NCBI GenBank assembly: GCA_945883815.1
Contig: CAMCYJ010000008.1
Span: forward strand, 1,285-65,284
Length of the DNA: 64,000 bases
DNA from: Akkermansia muciniphila
Lineage (GTDB): Bacteria > Verrucomicrobiota > Verrucomicrobiia > Limisphaerales > UBA9464
Reading direction: 5' to 3'
Shown piece by piece: positions 26,651 through 36,727 of the stretch (position 1 is the stretch's first letter; each line of letters opens with the position of its first letter). The notes beneath the pieces were generated by a model. The model ran no database searches. It was not told the DNA's origin and was given only the letters and a program-made list of their open reading frames with translations. The translations under genes were made by a program, and so were the position numbers.

Positions 26651-29308
26651 ATGAAGCCCTTCTATCGTCTTGCCCTGCTCCTGGCCCTGGCCGGACGGGG
26701 ACTCGCCGCCGAGACGGCGGTGCCCACCAGCCTGCTCCAACTGGCCGACCCCGACCTGGAAGTCACGGTCTGGGCATCGACTCCGATGCTCAAGAACCCA
26801 ACGAACCTCGACTTCGACCCTCAGGGCCGGATTTGGGTGGCTGAAGGGGTAAATTACCGCGGCCACTACAACCGCCAACCGGCCGGTGACCGCATCGTCA
26901 TCCTGGAGGATTCTGACGGGGACGGCGTCGCCGACAAGCAGAGCGTGTTCGTGCAGGAACCGGCGCTCCGGGCGCCCATGGGCGTGGCAGTCATCGGCAA
27001 CAAGGTGGTCGTTTCGATGGCTCCGGATGTGATCGTCTACACCGACGTCAACGGCGACCGGAAGTTTGATCCCGCGGTCGACAAGCGCGAGGTGATCCTC
27101 ACCGGATTCCACGGCAAGAGCCACGACCACACCATCCACAGCGTCACCGTGGGGCCTGATGGCCAGTGGTACTGGAACGCCGGCAATTGCGGGGCCATGT
27201 TCACTGACCGCTCGGGTAAGACCTTTCGCGTCGGCAGCGCTTATAACCCTGGCAACGCCGAACTGGGCTGGCATCCGACCCAGATCGCTGGCCAGAAGAG
27301 CGATGACGGTCATGTGTGGATCGGTGGGTTCGCCGCACGCATGAATCCCGATGGCTCGGGTGTGCACATCATCGGCCACAATTTCCGCAACAGTTATGAG
27401 CAGACGGTCACCTCTTATGGCGATGTCTTCCAGAACGACAACGATGATCCTCCGGCTTGCCGCACCGCCTTCTTGATGGAGTACGGCAATGCGGGGTTCT
27501 GCTCGCTCGATGGCCAACGCTCTTGGGGAGCCGACCGCCGACCGGGGCAAAGCACTCCGACCGCCGAGTGGCGTCAGGAAGACCCGGGTTCGATGCCCGC
27601 GGGTGATGTGTACGGGGGCGGTTCGCCGACGGGCATCGCCTTCTATGAAGACGGTGCGCTGGGCCAGAAATACCGCGGCTTGCTGCTGAGCTGCGAGCCG
27701 GGCCGCAACGTCGTCTTTGGCTACTTGCCCAAACCCGACGGAGCCAACTTCAAGCTCGAGCGCTTCAACTTCCTGACCAGTAATGCGGAGGGAAATTATT
27801 CCGGTACCGATTTCAAGGGCGGCAGCCGCGGTGAGCAGACCCTCAAGGTGATGTTCCGCCCGAGCGATGTGGCCGTTGGGCCGGACGGAGCCATTTACGT
27901 GACCGATTGGTTCGACGCCCGTGTGGGCGGTCATGCCGACTGGGATGAAACCACCTCGGGAACGATTTACCGCATCGCTCCGAAGGGGTTCCGCTCCAAG
28001 GTGCCGCAGGCCCAGTTCGACACGCTCGACGGGGCGCTCGCAGCCCTGAAGAGTCCGTCGGTCAACATTCGCGGCACGGCTCAGGAGGCTGTACTCAAGC
28101 ACGGCGACAAGGCCGTGAAACCACTGGCGCGTTTGCTCAAAGATGAGAACGCCTTCGTCCGGGCCCGGGCCGTTTGGTTGCTGGCCCGCGTGGGCAAGTC
28201 GGGCCCGAAGCCTGTGGAGTCCCTGCTGAAGGATTCGGATCCGCAAATGCGCATCGTGGCCTTCCGCGCTCTGCACCGGACTCGCAAAGCGTTGCCGGAA
28301 CAAACCGCATCGCTGGCCAAAGATCCGTCTCCGGCCGTCCGACGCGAGGTGGCGCTGGCCTTGCGCGATCTGCCATTGGAGCAGACCCGCGGGCACTTCC
28401 TCACCTTGGCCAAAGGTATTGATGGATCCGACCGCACCCTGCTCGAGGCTTGGGGCGCCGGAGCTGCGGGCCAGGAGTCGGCCTTGTACGACCAGGTCAA
28501 ACCCGTGCTCAACGATCCCAATCCGTTGCGCTGGTCGCCTGCTTTCGCCGCCATGGCTTGGCGCCTGCATCCGCCGCAATCCATCGGGGATTTCCGCACC
28601 CGCGCTTTGTCGACGAATCTGGACCTGGCCGCCCGCAAATCAGCCCTGACCGCCATCGGCTTCAACACCGTCCCGGCAGCCTCGACCGCCATGTTGGACG
28701 TCGCGGCCCAGGCCGAGGGCGTCATCAAGGCGGAGGCCATCTGGTGGCTCATGAATCGCAAAGACAATGTCTGGAAGGATCATGGCTTGGCCGCACCGCT
28801 CAAGGCTCGTGGCATTTACGATCCGGAGGCGGTGGAGTTGATCTCGGCCACCATTCCGCAGGCCGAGAAGCCGTCCTTCTCGGTGGCCGATGTGGCGGCT
28901 CTGAATGGTTCCGCCGCGCGCGGGCAAGAGCGTTTCAATGCGATCTGCGCCAGTTGTCACCGGGTGGGGAACAATGGTGTGGAATATGCCCCCAATCTCA
29001 CGGGTTGGGCCAAGCGCCAGACGGCCGAGGTGTTCTTCAACTCGGTCATCAATCCAAGTGCCGACATTGCCAGCGGATTCAACGGCACCGAGCTCAAGTT
29101 CAAGGATGGCACCGAGATCCATGGCGTGGTGATCAGCGAGGGAGATCCGGTGGTCATTCAGAGCGCGGCGGGCCTGGTCCAGTCGGTGCCCAAGAACCGG
29201 ATCGCCGAACGCAAGGGCTTGGGTCGATCCCTCATGATGAGCGCCGACCAATTGGGTCTGAAGGCTCAAGATTTGGCCGACCTCCATGCGTTCCTGAAGA
29301 ACCAGTAA
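26651..29308 (+). CDS. PVC-type heme-binding CxxCH protein (dehydrogenase-like beta-propeller + HEAT repeats + cytochrome c domain)
   Basis: The start is at ATG 26651 (MKPFYRLALLLALAGRGLAA signal). HEAT-like repeats are present (DENAFVRARAVWLLARVG, DPSPAVRREVALAL). The C-terminus carries FNAICASCHRV (CxxCH). Confidence 0.85.
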   Translation: MKPFYRLALLLALAGRGLAAETAVPTSLLQLADPDLEVTVWASTPMLKNPTNLDFDPQGRIWVAEGVNYRGHYNRQPAGDRIVILEDSDGDGVADKQSVFVQEPALRAPMGVAVIGNKVVVSMAPDVIVYTDVNGDRKFDPAVDKREVILTGFHGKSHDHTIHSVTVGPDGQWYWNAGNCGAMFTDRSGKTFRVGSAYNPGNAELGWHPTQIAGQKSDDGHVWIGGFAARMNPDGSGVHIIGHNFRNSYEQTVTSYGDVFQNDNDDPPACRTAFLMEYGNAGFCSLDGQRSWGADRRPGQSTPTAEWRQEDPGSMPAGDVYGGGSPTGIAFYEDGALGQKYRGLLLSCEPGRNVVFGYLPKPDGANFKLERFNFLTSNAEGNYSGTDFKGGSRGEQTLKVMFRPSDVAVGPDGAIYVTDWFDARVGGHADWDETTSGTIYRIAPKGFRSKVPQAQFDTLDGALAALKSPSVNIRGTAQEAVLKHGDKAVKPLARLLKDENAFVRARAVWLLARVGKSGPKPVESLLKDSDPQMRIVAFRALHRTRKALPEQTASLAKDPSPAVRREVALALRDLPLEQTRGHFLTLAKGIDGSDRTLLEAWGAGAAGQESALYDQVKPVLNDPNPLRWSPAFAAMAWRLHPPQSIGDFRTRALSTNLDLAARKSALTAIGFNTVPAASTAMLDVAAQAEGVIKAEAIWWLMNRKDNVWKDHGLAAPLKARGIYDPEAVELISATIPQAEKPSFSVADVAALNGSAARGQERFNAICASCHRVGNNGVEYAPNLTGWAKRQTAEVFFNSVINPSADIASGFNGTELKFKDGTEIHGVVISEGDPVVIQSAAGLVQSVPKNRIAERKGLGRSLMMSADQLGLKAQDLADLHAFLKNQ

Positions 29309-29332
29309 TGGGTTTTTCCAATCGCTTGTCGC

Positions 29333-29372
29333 CGCCGTCGCCGGACTCCTCTGGCGACGGCGTTTCCTTTTT
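29333..29372 (+). terminator. rho-independent terminator
   Basis: The 10-bp stem CGCCGTCGCC (29333-29342) / GGCGACGGCG (29353-29362) has a 10-nt loop and is followed by TTTCCTTTTT. It starts 25 nt after the stop of the preceding gene. Confidence 0.8.
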
Positions 29373-29389
29373 CCGACAGACTCACCGCC

Positions 29390-30499
29390 ATGCATCTCAT
29401 CCTGAGTGCTCCCGAAAACCGGATCTTCCTCGAGCAGGAGGTGGTTCGCGCATTGCCCACAGCGGTCTTGGAACCGGTGGGCGATTCGATGCTGGCGTTG
29501 AAAGCGCCCGGATCGTGGGTCGAGATTTGTGCGGCGATGGGTCTCACGGCCTTTGCACGCCAATGGTTGCCTGATGCTCGAACGTTTCCGGTGCCCTCCA
29601 TTCGTGCGGCTGCTGAGAATTTGGTCACGGAGCTCATCGGATGCCTGCCCGACGGTGCCCCGTGGCGCCTGCATGTTGAACCTCGCTTCGGAATCGCGGA
29701 AGCCGGACGGCACCGTTGTGAACTGATCCGCGATGCGGTCATCGAACAGTTGCGCAAGCGGAGACGCTCGTTGCTGCGAGGCTTGGATGCGGTGCCCAAG
29801 GTGAGCGCAGGGGAGGCGGCTGCGTTGTTGGGAGCCTGTCCCTTGTTTCAGCCGGAGGAGTCGCTCGTCCAATTGCTGCTGACTTCGCTGGAGGTGGGTT
29901 TCCTTTCGGTGCTGCCCGCTCCAGGACCCTCCGCTGCGATGGGTTGGATCAGCCCGTTTCCCCAAGGCGAAGTGCCCGTGGCCGTGGACAAGGCGGCACC
30001 CAGTCGGGCCTTTGCCAAGCTGGCCGAAGCCGAGCGGCGTATGGGGCGAGCGATCGCGGCGGGAGAAACTTGCGTGGACCTGGGCGCGGCCCCGGGGAGC
30101 TGGACTTATCAACCCGTCCAGCGCGGAGCTCGGGTGATCGCTGTGGACCGATCGCCGCTGCGGGATGACCTCATGCGCAGCCCGCGGGTCACCTTCCATC
30201 AAGGAGATGCGTTTCGATTCGTGCCCGAGACTCCGGTGGATTGGCTGCTGTGTGATGTGATCGCCGCGCCGGAACGCAGCATAGGACTGGTGCTGGAGTG
30301 GGTGCGCGAACGCCGCTGCCGGCACTTCGTGGTGACCATCAAGTTCAAGGGACAGGAAGACTACGCCCAGCTCGATGTCCTCAAGCGCGAGATGCCGCGT
30401 TGGGTGGAGTCCTTCCAGTTGCTGCACCTCTGCGCCAATAAAAACGAAGCCTGCGTCTTCGGGACCGTGGGCAACGGTCCACTGAAGAACGCAGGCTGA
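29390..30499 (+). CDS. rlmM: 23S rRNA (cytidine-2'-O)-methyltransferase RlmM-like
   Basis: 369 aa. A THUMP-like N-terminal half is followed by an FtsJ-like MTase (APSRAFAKLAEA..., VDLGAAPGSWTYQPVQRGARVIAVD, WLLCDV). It is colinear with E. coli RlmM from memory. Confidence 0.8.
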   Translation: MHLILSAPENRIFLEQEVVRALPTAVLEPVGDSMLALKAPGSWVEICAAMGLTAFARQWLPDARTFPVPSIRAAAENLVTELIGCLPDGAPWRLHVEPRFGIAEAGRHRCELIRDAVIEQLRKRRRSLLRGLDAVPKVSAGEAAALLGACPLFQPEESLVQLLLTSLEVGFLSVLPAPGPSAAMGWISPFPQGEVPVAVDKAAPSRAFAKLAEAERRMGRAIAAGETCVDLGAAPGSWTYQPVQRGARVIAVDRSPLRDDLMRSPRVTFHQGDAFRFVPETPVDWLLCDVIAAPERSIGLVLEWVRERRCRHFVVTIKFKGQEDYAQLDVLKREMPRWVESFQLLHLCANKNEACVFGTVGNGPLKNAG

Positions 30500-30556
30500 G
30501 CGATCCCCGAAGGGGCGGGCCTGGTCGGGCCATGGGCACCCTGAGGCGCCCAACCA

Positions 30557-33500
30557 TTAGGCGCGCAACCGGGCCAACAAGTCTTTGCTCTCGACGGTTT
30601 CTCCGACCGAGCACAGCAGTTCGGCGACGACTCCATCGACGGGTGCCGTGACCGTGGTCTGCATCTTCATGGCTTCCATCATCATCAGGCGGTCTCCCTT
30701 GGCGACCTTTTGGCCGACGGAGACTGCGATGCTGGTCACCAGGCCAGGGATGGGGGCGCCAATTTGCAGCGCATCGGCGAGGTCCGCCTTCGGGCGGGTC
30801 TTGGTTTGCGGGGTGACCTTCTTGTCGGCGATGAACGCCTCGCGCGTCATGCCGTTGAGCTCAAAGCTGATCGTGCGACGACCGTCCTTGTCCGGTTCAC
30901 TGACGTTGATCAATCGAATCACCAGCGATTTGCCGGACTCGATCTCCACGCTGATTTCCTCGCCCCGGCGCAATCCATAGAAGAAAGCCGGCGTGGGCAG
31001 CACGCTGACGTCGCTGTACTGCGTGAGGTGCTTGGCGAATTCGGCGAAGACGGCCGGGTACATCAGGTGCGAGTACAAGTCGTCCTCGGTCGCCTCGCGG
31101 CGCAGCTTGTCGGAAAGCTCCCGACGCAACTTGTCGAGGTGGATCGGTTCGGCGCGGTTGCCGGTGCGTCCGGCCTTGAAGGCAGCTTGGGCTTCCTTGA
31201 AGCGCTTCTCGCCCAAGACCACTTTTTGGACCGCCTCGGGAAAGCCGTTCTGCGGCCAACCGAGCCCGCCACCCAGCATGTCGATGACACTTTCAGGAAA
31301 GGAGGTGGATCCGGGTTCGAGATTCACGACATCCGCCGGGCGGATGCCTTTGCTGAAGCAGAAGAGCGCCATGTCGCCCACGACCTTGCTGGAGGGCGTC
31401 ACCTTCACGATGTCGCCGAAGAGCTCATTCACCTCGGCGTAGGTCTGGGCGATCTCGGGCCACCGGTGCGAAACCCCCATGCTGGCGGCCTGCTCTTTGA
31501 GGTTCGTGTACTGGCCGCCGGGCATCTCATGGATGTACACCTCGGCCGAACCCGTCTTGGGGGCGGTGTCGAAGGGTGCGTAGTATTCGCGGACTTTCTC
31601 CCAGTAGTCGGAGAAGCCGTTGAGGGCCTCGAGGTCGAGCTTTGTGTCGCGTGGTGTGTTTTGCAGCGCGGCCACCACCGAGTTGAGGTTCGGCTGCGAG
31701 GTGCTGCCGCTCATGGATGCGAGCGCCAAATCCACCACATCGACCCCGGCGTCGCTCGCCCGTAGAATGCTCGCGGCGTTGATGCCGCTGGTGTCGTGGG
31801 TGTGGAAGTGGATGGGAATCCCCACCTCGTCCTTCAACGCCTTGACCAGCTTCTGAGCGGCGTAGGGTCGGCACAGGCCGGCCATGTCCTTGATGGCCAG
31901 GATGTGTGCGCCCATGCGCTCCAATTCCTTGGCTAGCTTGATGTAATACTTGAGCGAGAAGGTGTCGCGGCGGCTGTCGAGGATGTTTCCGGTGTAGCAC
32001 AAGGCCCCCTCGCACAAAGCGTGCGTGGCCTGCACGGCGTCCATGGCCACGCGCAAGTTGGGCAAGTAGTTGAGCGAGTCGAAGATGCGGAAGATGTCCA
32101 TGCCCGAGGCGGCCGCATGCTTCACAAATCCGGCGACGACATGATCCGGGTAGTTGGAATAGCCCACCGCATTGGAACCCCGGAAGAGCATCTGGAAACA
32201 GACGTTCGGGATTTTCTCGCGCAATTGGCGCAGGCGTTCCCAGGGGTCTTCACTGAGGAAGCGCATGGCCGTGTCGAAGGTGGCTCCGCCCCACATTTCC
32301 AGTGAGAACAGACCAGTCTTGGAGTCACCCACGCTGCGCGCCAAGGCATCGGAGCAGGCAAGCATGTCGAAGCTGCGGACCCGCGTGGCCATGAGCGACT
32401 GGTGGGCGTCGCGGAAGGTGGTGTCGGTGATGAGCAGGCGTTTCTGCTTGAGGGTCCACTCGGCGAATTTCTTGGGGCCCAGTTCGAGCAGCAGGTCGCG
32501 GGTGCCCTTCGGCAGCGGGGTGGCCAGATCGGTCTTGGGCAGCGGTGCCGGGTCAAAGGACTTGGCGGGTTTGTATCCCTTGGAATGCGGGTTGCCATTG
32601 ACGATGACGTTGCCCAGGAAGTTGAGCAGCTTGGTGGCCCGGTCCTTGCGGCTGCGGAAGGCGAAGAGTTCCGGCGTGGTGTCGATGAGCGTGGTCGTGG
32701 CCTGACCCGCGCGGAACTGCGGATGGAGGATGACGTTCTCGAGGAAGGGGATGTTGGTCTTCACCCCGCGGATCCGGAACTCCGAGAGCGCCCGGTCCAT
32801 GCGGTTCATGGCGATCTCGTAGGACTGTCCTGAAGCAATCACCTTCACGAGCATCGAGTCGTAGAAGGGGGTGATGACTGAGCCCGAATAGCCCATGCCA
32901 CCATCGAGACGAATTCCGAAACCACCGGGCGAGCGGTAGGCCAAGATCTTGCCGTAGTCGGGAGTGAATTTGTTCTCCGGATCTTCGGTGGTGACTCGGC
33001 ACTGGATGGCGTAGCCGTTTCGGGGCACCTGATTTTGCACCGGCATTCCCACCTCCTTGGAGTGCAGCGCATGGCCTTGGGCGATGAGGATTTGGGCCCG
33101 CACAAGGTCCAAGCCGGTGATGACTTCAGTCACCGTGTGCTCCACTTGGATGCGGGGGTTCATCTCGATGAAGAACCACTCGTGGCGGTCGAGATCGTAG
33201 AGGAACTCGACCGTGCCCGCGTTGTTGTAGCGGATCTCACGCGCCAATCGGGCGGCTGCATCGCAGAGTTCCTGGACGATATTCTCGGGCAGTCCGAAAG
33301 ACGGGGCTACCTCGACGACCTTCTGGTGGCGGCGCTGTACGGAGCAGTCGCGCTCGAAGAGGTGGATGACGTTGCCGTGGCTGTCGCCCAGGATTTGAAC
33401 TTCGATGTGTTTGGCCCTGGGGATGTACTTTTCCAGGAAGACTGCCGGATTGCCGAAGGCGCGTTCGGCCTCGCCCTGAGCTTCATCGAGAAGACCGGAT

Positions 33501-34093
33501 AGTTCCGACTCCTTCTTGACCACCCGCATGCCGCGGCCGCCGCCACCAAAAGCCGCCTTGATGATGAGAGGGAAACCGATCTTGCGCGCGGCCTTCATGG
33601 CCTCGTCCCGATCGGAGATGGGGTCGTCGGTGCCAGGTAGGGTGGGTACGCCAATGCGCTGGGCCACGGCCCGTGCGGCGGTTTTGTCACCCATCATGTC
33701 CAACAGTTCGGGACTGGGACCGACGAAGGTCATGCCTGCCTTGGCGCAGGCACGGGCGAAGGCCGGGTTTTCGCTCAAGAATCCGTAGCCCGGGTGGATG
33801 GCGTCGACCCCCTTGGCCTTGGCGGTGGCCACGATGCTGTCGATGTCCAGATACGCGGCAACCGGCCCTTTGCCTTGGCCAATCAGGTAGGATTCATCGG
33901 CCTTGAAACGGTGGAGGCAGAAGCGGTCTTCCTGGGCGTAAATGGCGACGGTCCGCAGGTTCAGTTCGGTCGCCGCACGGAAGATGCGCACCGCGATCTC
34001 GGACCGGTTGGCCGCCAGAAGTTTACGGAATGGCCGCACGGTCGGCGGGACGATATCGGGATGATTTCGGGACGGCATGGTTGGCGTTCCCAA
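30557..34093 (-). CDS. pyc: pyruvate carboxylase (single chain)
   Basis: 1178 aa. A biotin carboxylase ATP-grasp N-terminus is followed by a carboxyltransferase TIM domain and a C-terminal biotinyl site MMMEAMKMQT. Confidence 0.95.
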   Translation of the reverse strand: MGTPTMPSRNHPDIVPPTVRPFRKLLAANRSEIAVRIFRAATELNLRTVAIYAQEDRFCLHRFKADESYLIGQGKGPVAAYLDIDSIVATAKAKGVDAIHPGYGFLSENPAFARACAKAGMTFVGPSPELLDMMGDKTAARAVAQRIGVPTLPGTDDPISDRDEAMKAARKIGFPLIIKAAFGGGGRGMRVVKKESELSGLLDEAQGEAERAFGNPAVFLEKYIPRAKHIEVQILGDSHGNVIHLFERDCSVQRRHQKVVEVAPSFGLPENIVQELCDAAARLAREIRYNNAGTVEFLYDLDRHEWFFIEMNPRIQVEHTVTEVITGLDLVRAQILIAQGHALHSKEVGMPVQNQVPRNGYAIQCRVTTEDPENKFTPDYGKILAYRSPGGFGIRLDGGMGYSGSVITPFYDSMLVKVIASGQSYEIAMNRMDRALSEFRIRGVKTNIPFLENVILHPQFRAGQATTTLIDTTPELFAFRSRKDRATKLLNFLGNVIVNGNPHSKGYKPAKSFDPAPLPKTDLATPLPKGTRDLLLELGPKKFAEWTLKQKRLLITDTTFRDAHQSLMATRVRSFDMLACSDALARSVGDSKTGLFSLEMWGGATFDTAMRFLSEDPWERLRQLREKIPNVCFQMLFRGSNAVGYSNYPDHVVAGFVKHAAASGMDIFRIFDSLNYLPNLRVAMDAVQATHALCEGALCYTGNILDSRRDTFSLKYYIKLAKELERMGAHILAIKDMAGLCRPYAAQKLVKALKDEVGIPIHFHTHDTSGINAASILRASDAGVDVVDLALASMSGSTSQPNLNSVVAALQNTPRDTKLDLEALNGFSDYWEKVREYYAPFDTAPKTGSAEVYIHEMPGGQYTNLKEQAASMGVSHRWPEIAQTYAEVNELFGDIVKVTPSSKVVGDMALFCFSKGIRPADVVNLEPGSTSFPESVIDMLGGGLGWPQNGFPEAVQKVVLGEKRFKEAQAAFKAGRTGNRAEPIHLDKLRRELSDKLRREATEDDLYSHLMYPAVFAEFAKHLTQYSDVSVLPTPAFFYGLRRGEEISVEIESGKSLVIRLINVSEPDKDGRRTISFELNGMTREAFIADKKVTPQTKTRPKADLADALQIGAPIPGLVTSIAVSVGQKVAKGDRLMMMEAMKMQTTVTAPVDGVVAELLCSVGETVESKDLLARLRA

Positions 34094-34255
34094 TGGTTAC
34101 GTAAAACAAGGGCGGCCTGACAAAGAAAACTCATGGCAGACTACGAAAGTCAGCGACCCTGGATGAAGGACACCGCGGCACTGAGTTGGTTTTGAGGTTC
34201 AGGTGGTTTTCATCATTCAGTTTTGAAGGACGGTGCCGCAAGGTAGTCGAGCTGC

Positions 34256-35128
34256 ATGCGCCACCCACCTCTGGTTGAAACGCACACGCCGGGCCCCGGC
34301 ACCCACGAGAGAATCCTCCGGGCGGCGGGTTGCCCGTCTCTGGTGCCTTATCAGATCGCCCATGTGGGTCTGGCCGAAGCGGTCGAACCTTACACCATGG
34401 TGCGTACCGACCTGCCGGGAAGCTACTTCTTGGCCTGCTTCAGGGGTGAAGGGCGCATCTGGCTCGACGGCCGATGGCAACGCTGCCGCGCCGGTCAGGC
34501 CTGTCTCTCGCCCGCCCATGTGCTTTGCGCTTTTCACGCGGTTCCTGGACATCGTTGGGATTTTGTCTGGGTGCGATACGAGGCCTCAGCTGGTCGAGGT
34601 CCCCTCGGAGCGGCCGGTGCGCCGGTATTGGCCGGATTTCCTTCGGAGGTTTTTCGACATGCGGTTGAGGGCCTCATGGCCGAACAGGCAGGCGAAGGAC
34701 GTCTGGCCGCACTCCACCATTGGGTCGAATTGGTTCAAGGCTATATCTCGCGCTTTGCCCAACCGTGGCACATTGACGACCGACTGAGCCAACTGTGGGA
34801 AGCGGTGGCCGCGAAGCCCGCCCATGCGTGGACCCTCACTGAGTTGGCTCGTCGCGCCCATTGCAGCGGTGAGCATCTGAGACGGCTGTGTCGTCGTCAG
34901 TTGGGTCGGTCTCCCATGCAGCAGGTGACCTACTTGCGTATTCGACATGGGGCTGGCCTGTTGGCCGAGACGGACCTGAAGCTCGAGGTCATTGCCGAGC
35001 GGGTGGGCTACGCCAACCCCTTTGTGTTCTCCAACACCTTCAAGCGTTGGACCGGGTGGCGGCCCAGTTTGTATCGGGATCGTCAGCGCGAAGTCGGACC
35101 CTATCCGGGGCCGGCCAGCATGGGATAA
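34256..35128 (+). CDS. AraC-family transcriptional regulator
   Basis: 290 aa. A cupin-like N-terminal half is followed by a C-terminal double HTH (WTLTELARRAHCSGEHLRRLCRRQLG...IAERVGYANPFVFSNTFKRWTGWRP). The start is uncertain. Confidence 0.85.
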   Translation: MRHPPLVETHTPGPGTHERILRAAGCPSLVPYQIAHVGLAEAVEPYTMVRTDLPGSYFLACFRGEGRIWLDGRWQRCRAGQACLSPAHVLCAFHAVPGHRWDFVWVRYEASAGRGPLGAAGAPVLAGFPSEVFRHAVEGLMAEQAGEGRLAALHHWVELVQGYISRFAQPWHIDDRLSQLWEAVAAKPAHAWTLTELARRAHCSGEHLRRLCRRQLGRSPMQQVTYLRIRHGAGLLAETDLKLEVIAERVGYANPFVFSNTFKRWTGWRPSLYRDRQREVGPYPGPASMG

Positions 35129-35245
35129 TGTCGGCCGGCCCCTTCGATCCATCCACTCGAACGGACCTGAAATAGGTCAGGGTGGGTTATCGGATGAATG
35201 CACCGGACCTTGAGTGTCGCTGTGCGTCGCTGGTGCCGAAACCGG

Positions 35246-35824
35246 TCACCGGGCAGCAACTGGCTGAGCGGGATGCACCGCGCTTCGATGCGGCGAGTGG
35301 CGCAGCAATCGAAAGCTGTTGGTGATGTACTGAGCCGTCTCCTGCGGACTGCGGAAATCGACCCCCACGAGAATATCGGCCTGCTGGTAGGCGGGTTTCC
35401 GTTGCTCCAGCAACTCGGCGATGCGGGCCTGTGGGTCCGGGGTTTGCAGGAGGGGGCGATGCCCCTGATAGCGAACGCGTTCGTGGATCACGGCCGGTGA
35501 GGCCCAAAGGCAGACAATTAGGGCGTGGGTTCGCAGTGAGGCGAGGTTTTCGGGTCGCACCACCAGTCCACCGCCGGTGGACAAGATCAGCCCCTGCTGC
35601 GTTTCGTATTCCCGGATCAGGCTCGTTTCCAGGTTTCGGAAGCGTGCTTCCCCTTCCTGGGCGAAGATCTCCGAGATCCGCCGGCCTTCCCGGGTCTCGA
35701 TCACCCGGTCGGTGTCGACGAATTCGAAGCCGAGCATCCCGGCCAGGATCTGGCCGACGGTGGATTTTCCGACGCCCATAAAACCGACAAGGGCGATGTT
35801 GTGATACGGGCGCGGCGACTGCAC
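35246..35824 (-). CDS. aroK: shikimate kinase
   Basis: 192 aa. Contains the Walker A motif GFMGVGKSTVG and DTD...GGG motifs. Confidence 0.9.
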   Translation of the reverse strand: MQSPRPYHNIALVGFMGVGKSTVGQILAGMLGFEFVDTDRVIETREGRRISEIFAQEGEARFRNLETSLIREYETQQGLILSTGGGLVVRPENLASLRTHALIVCLWASPAVIHERVRYQGHRPLLQTPDPQARIAELLEQRKPAYQQADILVGVDFRSPQETAQYITNSFRLLRHSPHRSAVHPAQPVAAR

Positions 35825-35964
35825 AGGGAGGATTGAACCTGTTTACCGTCACGGTTGAAATCCCGGAATGGGTCCCCCGGAGTTCAGGGCAAGGTCTCGA
35901 GCCCACAGACCTTCCGGACTTGTTGCCGGGGCTGGGAGCCCGCAGGCTGACACCCACATCGCCT

Positions 35965-36702
35965 ATGCTGCCGAGATTTATTCAGCGATTGCGTCACCGT
36001 CTGTTCGGTGGCGACACCAGTTACGACGCGGGTCTGGAAAATGAAGCCCAGTTCTGGCGAAAGGCCTTGGCTGATGGTGGCAAGCGATGGAGTGCCGAGG
36101 CCTTCCGTCAGCGGATGGATCCGGAGTTCGCATTCCCCACCCACTTGCAGGAACTGGTGGCCGCCTCGCCGGCCGCAAATCGGGATCCGATCCAAGTGCT
36201 CGATGTGGGGGCCGGTCCGCTGACCGCCGTGGGTTTCCACTGGCCGGGGCGACAGGTAGACCTCATCGCGGTGGACCCCTTGGCCGAGGTCTTCGACTCC
36301 ATACTGGACGATCTCCAGTTGGCGCCGCCCACACGTACCCGAAAGGCGGCCGGTGAAGACCTCCTCTCGGTATTCCCTGCCGACAGTTTCGACATCGTCG
36401 TCTGCTCCAATGCACTGGACCATAGTCGAGACCCGCTCCAATGCGTGCGTCAGATGTTTTCGGTGACGCGACCCGGCGGATGGGTTTTCCTGTGGCATTA
36501 CCGCAACGAAGCCGAAGAAGAAGGTTATGCCGGGTTGCACCAGTGGAATCTGGATGAATCAGCCGGCGATATGCTCCTCTGGAATCGCAAGGCTCGGCAT
36601 TCCTGCCGGATGGAACTCGGGAGCCAGGCCGTGGTGGATACCCGACCCGATCCGCAGGTGTCGCGGGCGATCGTGACCCGGATCCAAAAACGGGTAGCCT
36701 AG
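35965..36702 (+). CDS. class I SAM-dependent methyltransferase
   Basis: Contains motif I VLDVGAGPLT and a later region IVVCSNALDHSRDPLQCVRQMFSVTRPGGWVFL. The ORF opens at 35833. ATG 35965 is preferred because 35833 would leave only 8 bp to the divergent aroK. Confidence 0.7.
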   Translation: MLPRFIQRLRHRLFGGDTSYDAGLENEAQFWRKALADGGKRWSAEAFRQRMDPEFAFPTHLQELVAASPAANRDPIQVLDVGAGPLTAVGFHWPGRQVDLIAVDPLAEVFDSILDDLQLAPPTRTRKAAGEDLLSVFPADSFDIVVCSNALDHSRDPLQCVRQMFSVTRPGGWVFLWHYRNEAEEEGYAGLHQWNLDESAGDMLLWNRKARHSCRMELGSQAVVDTRPDPQVSRAIVTRIQKRVA

Positions 36703-36727
36703 GCAGTTTCCTATTACCCCTCTTGCC

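Noticed and set aside
26534-28579. 681-aa ORF on the minus strand
   Set aside because: It lies antisense to the well-supported PVC-type heme-binding gene. The composition is rich in Arg/Gly/Ala/Pro, as expected for shadow ORFs in high-GC DNA, and it has no recognisable domains.
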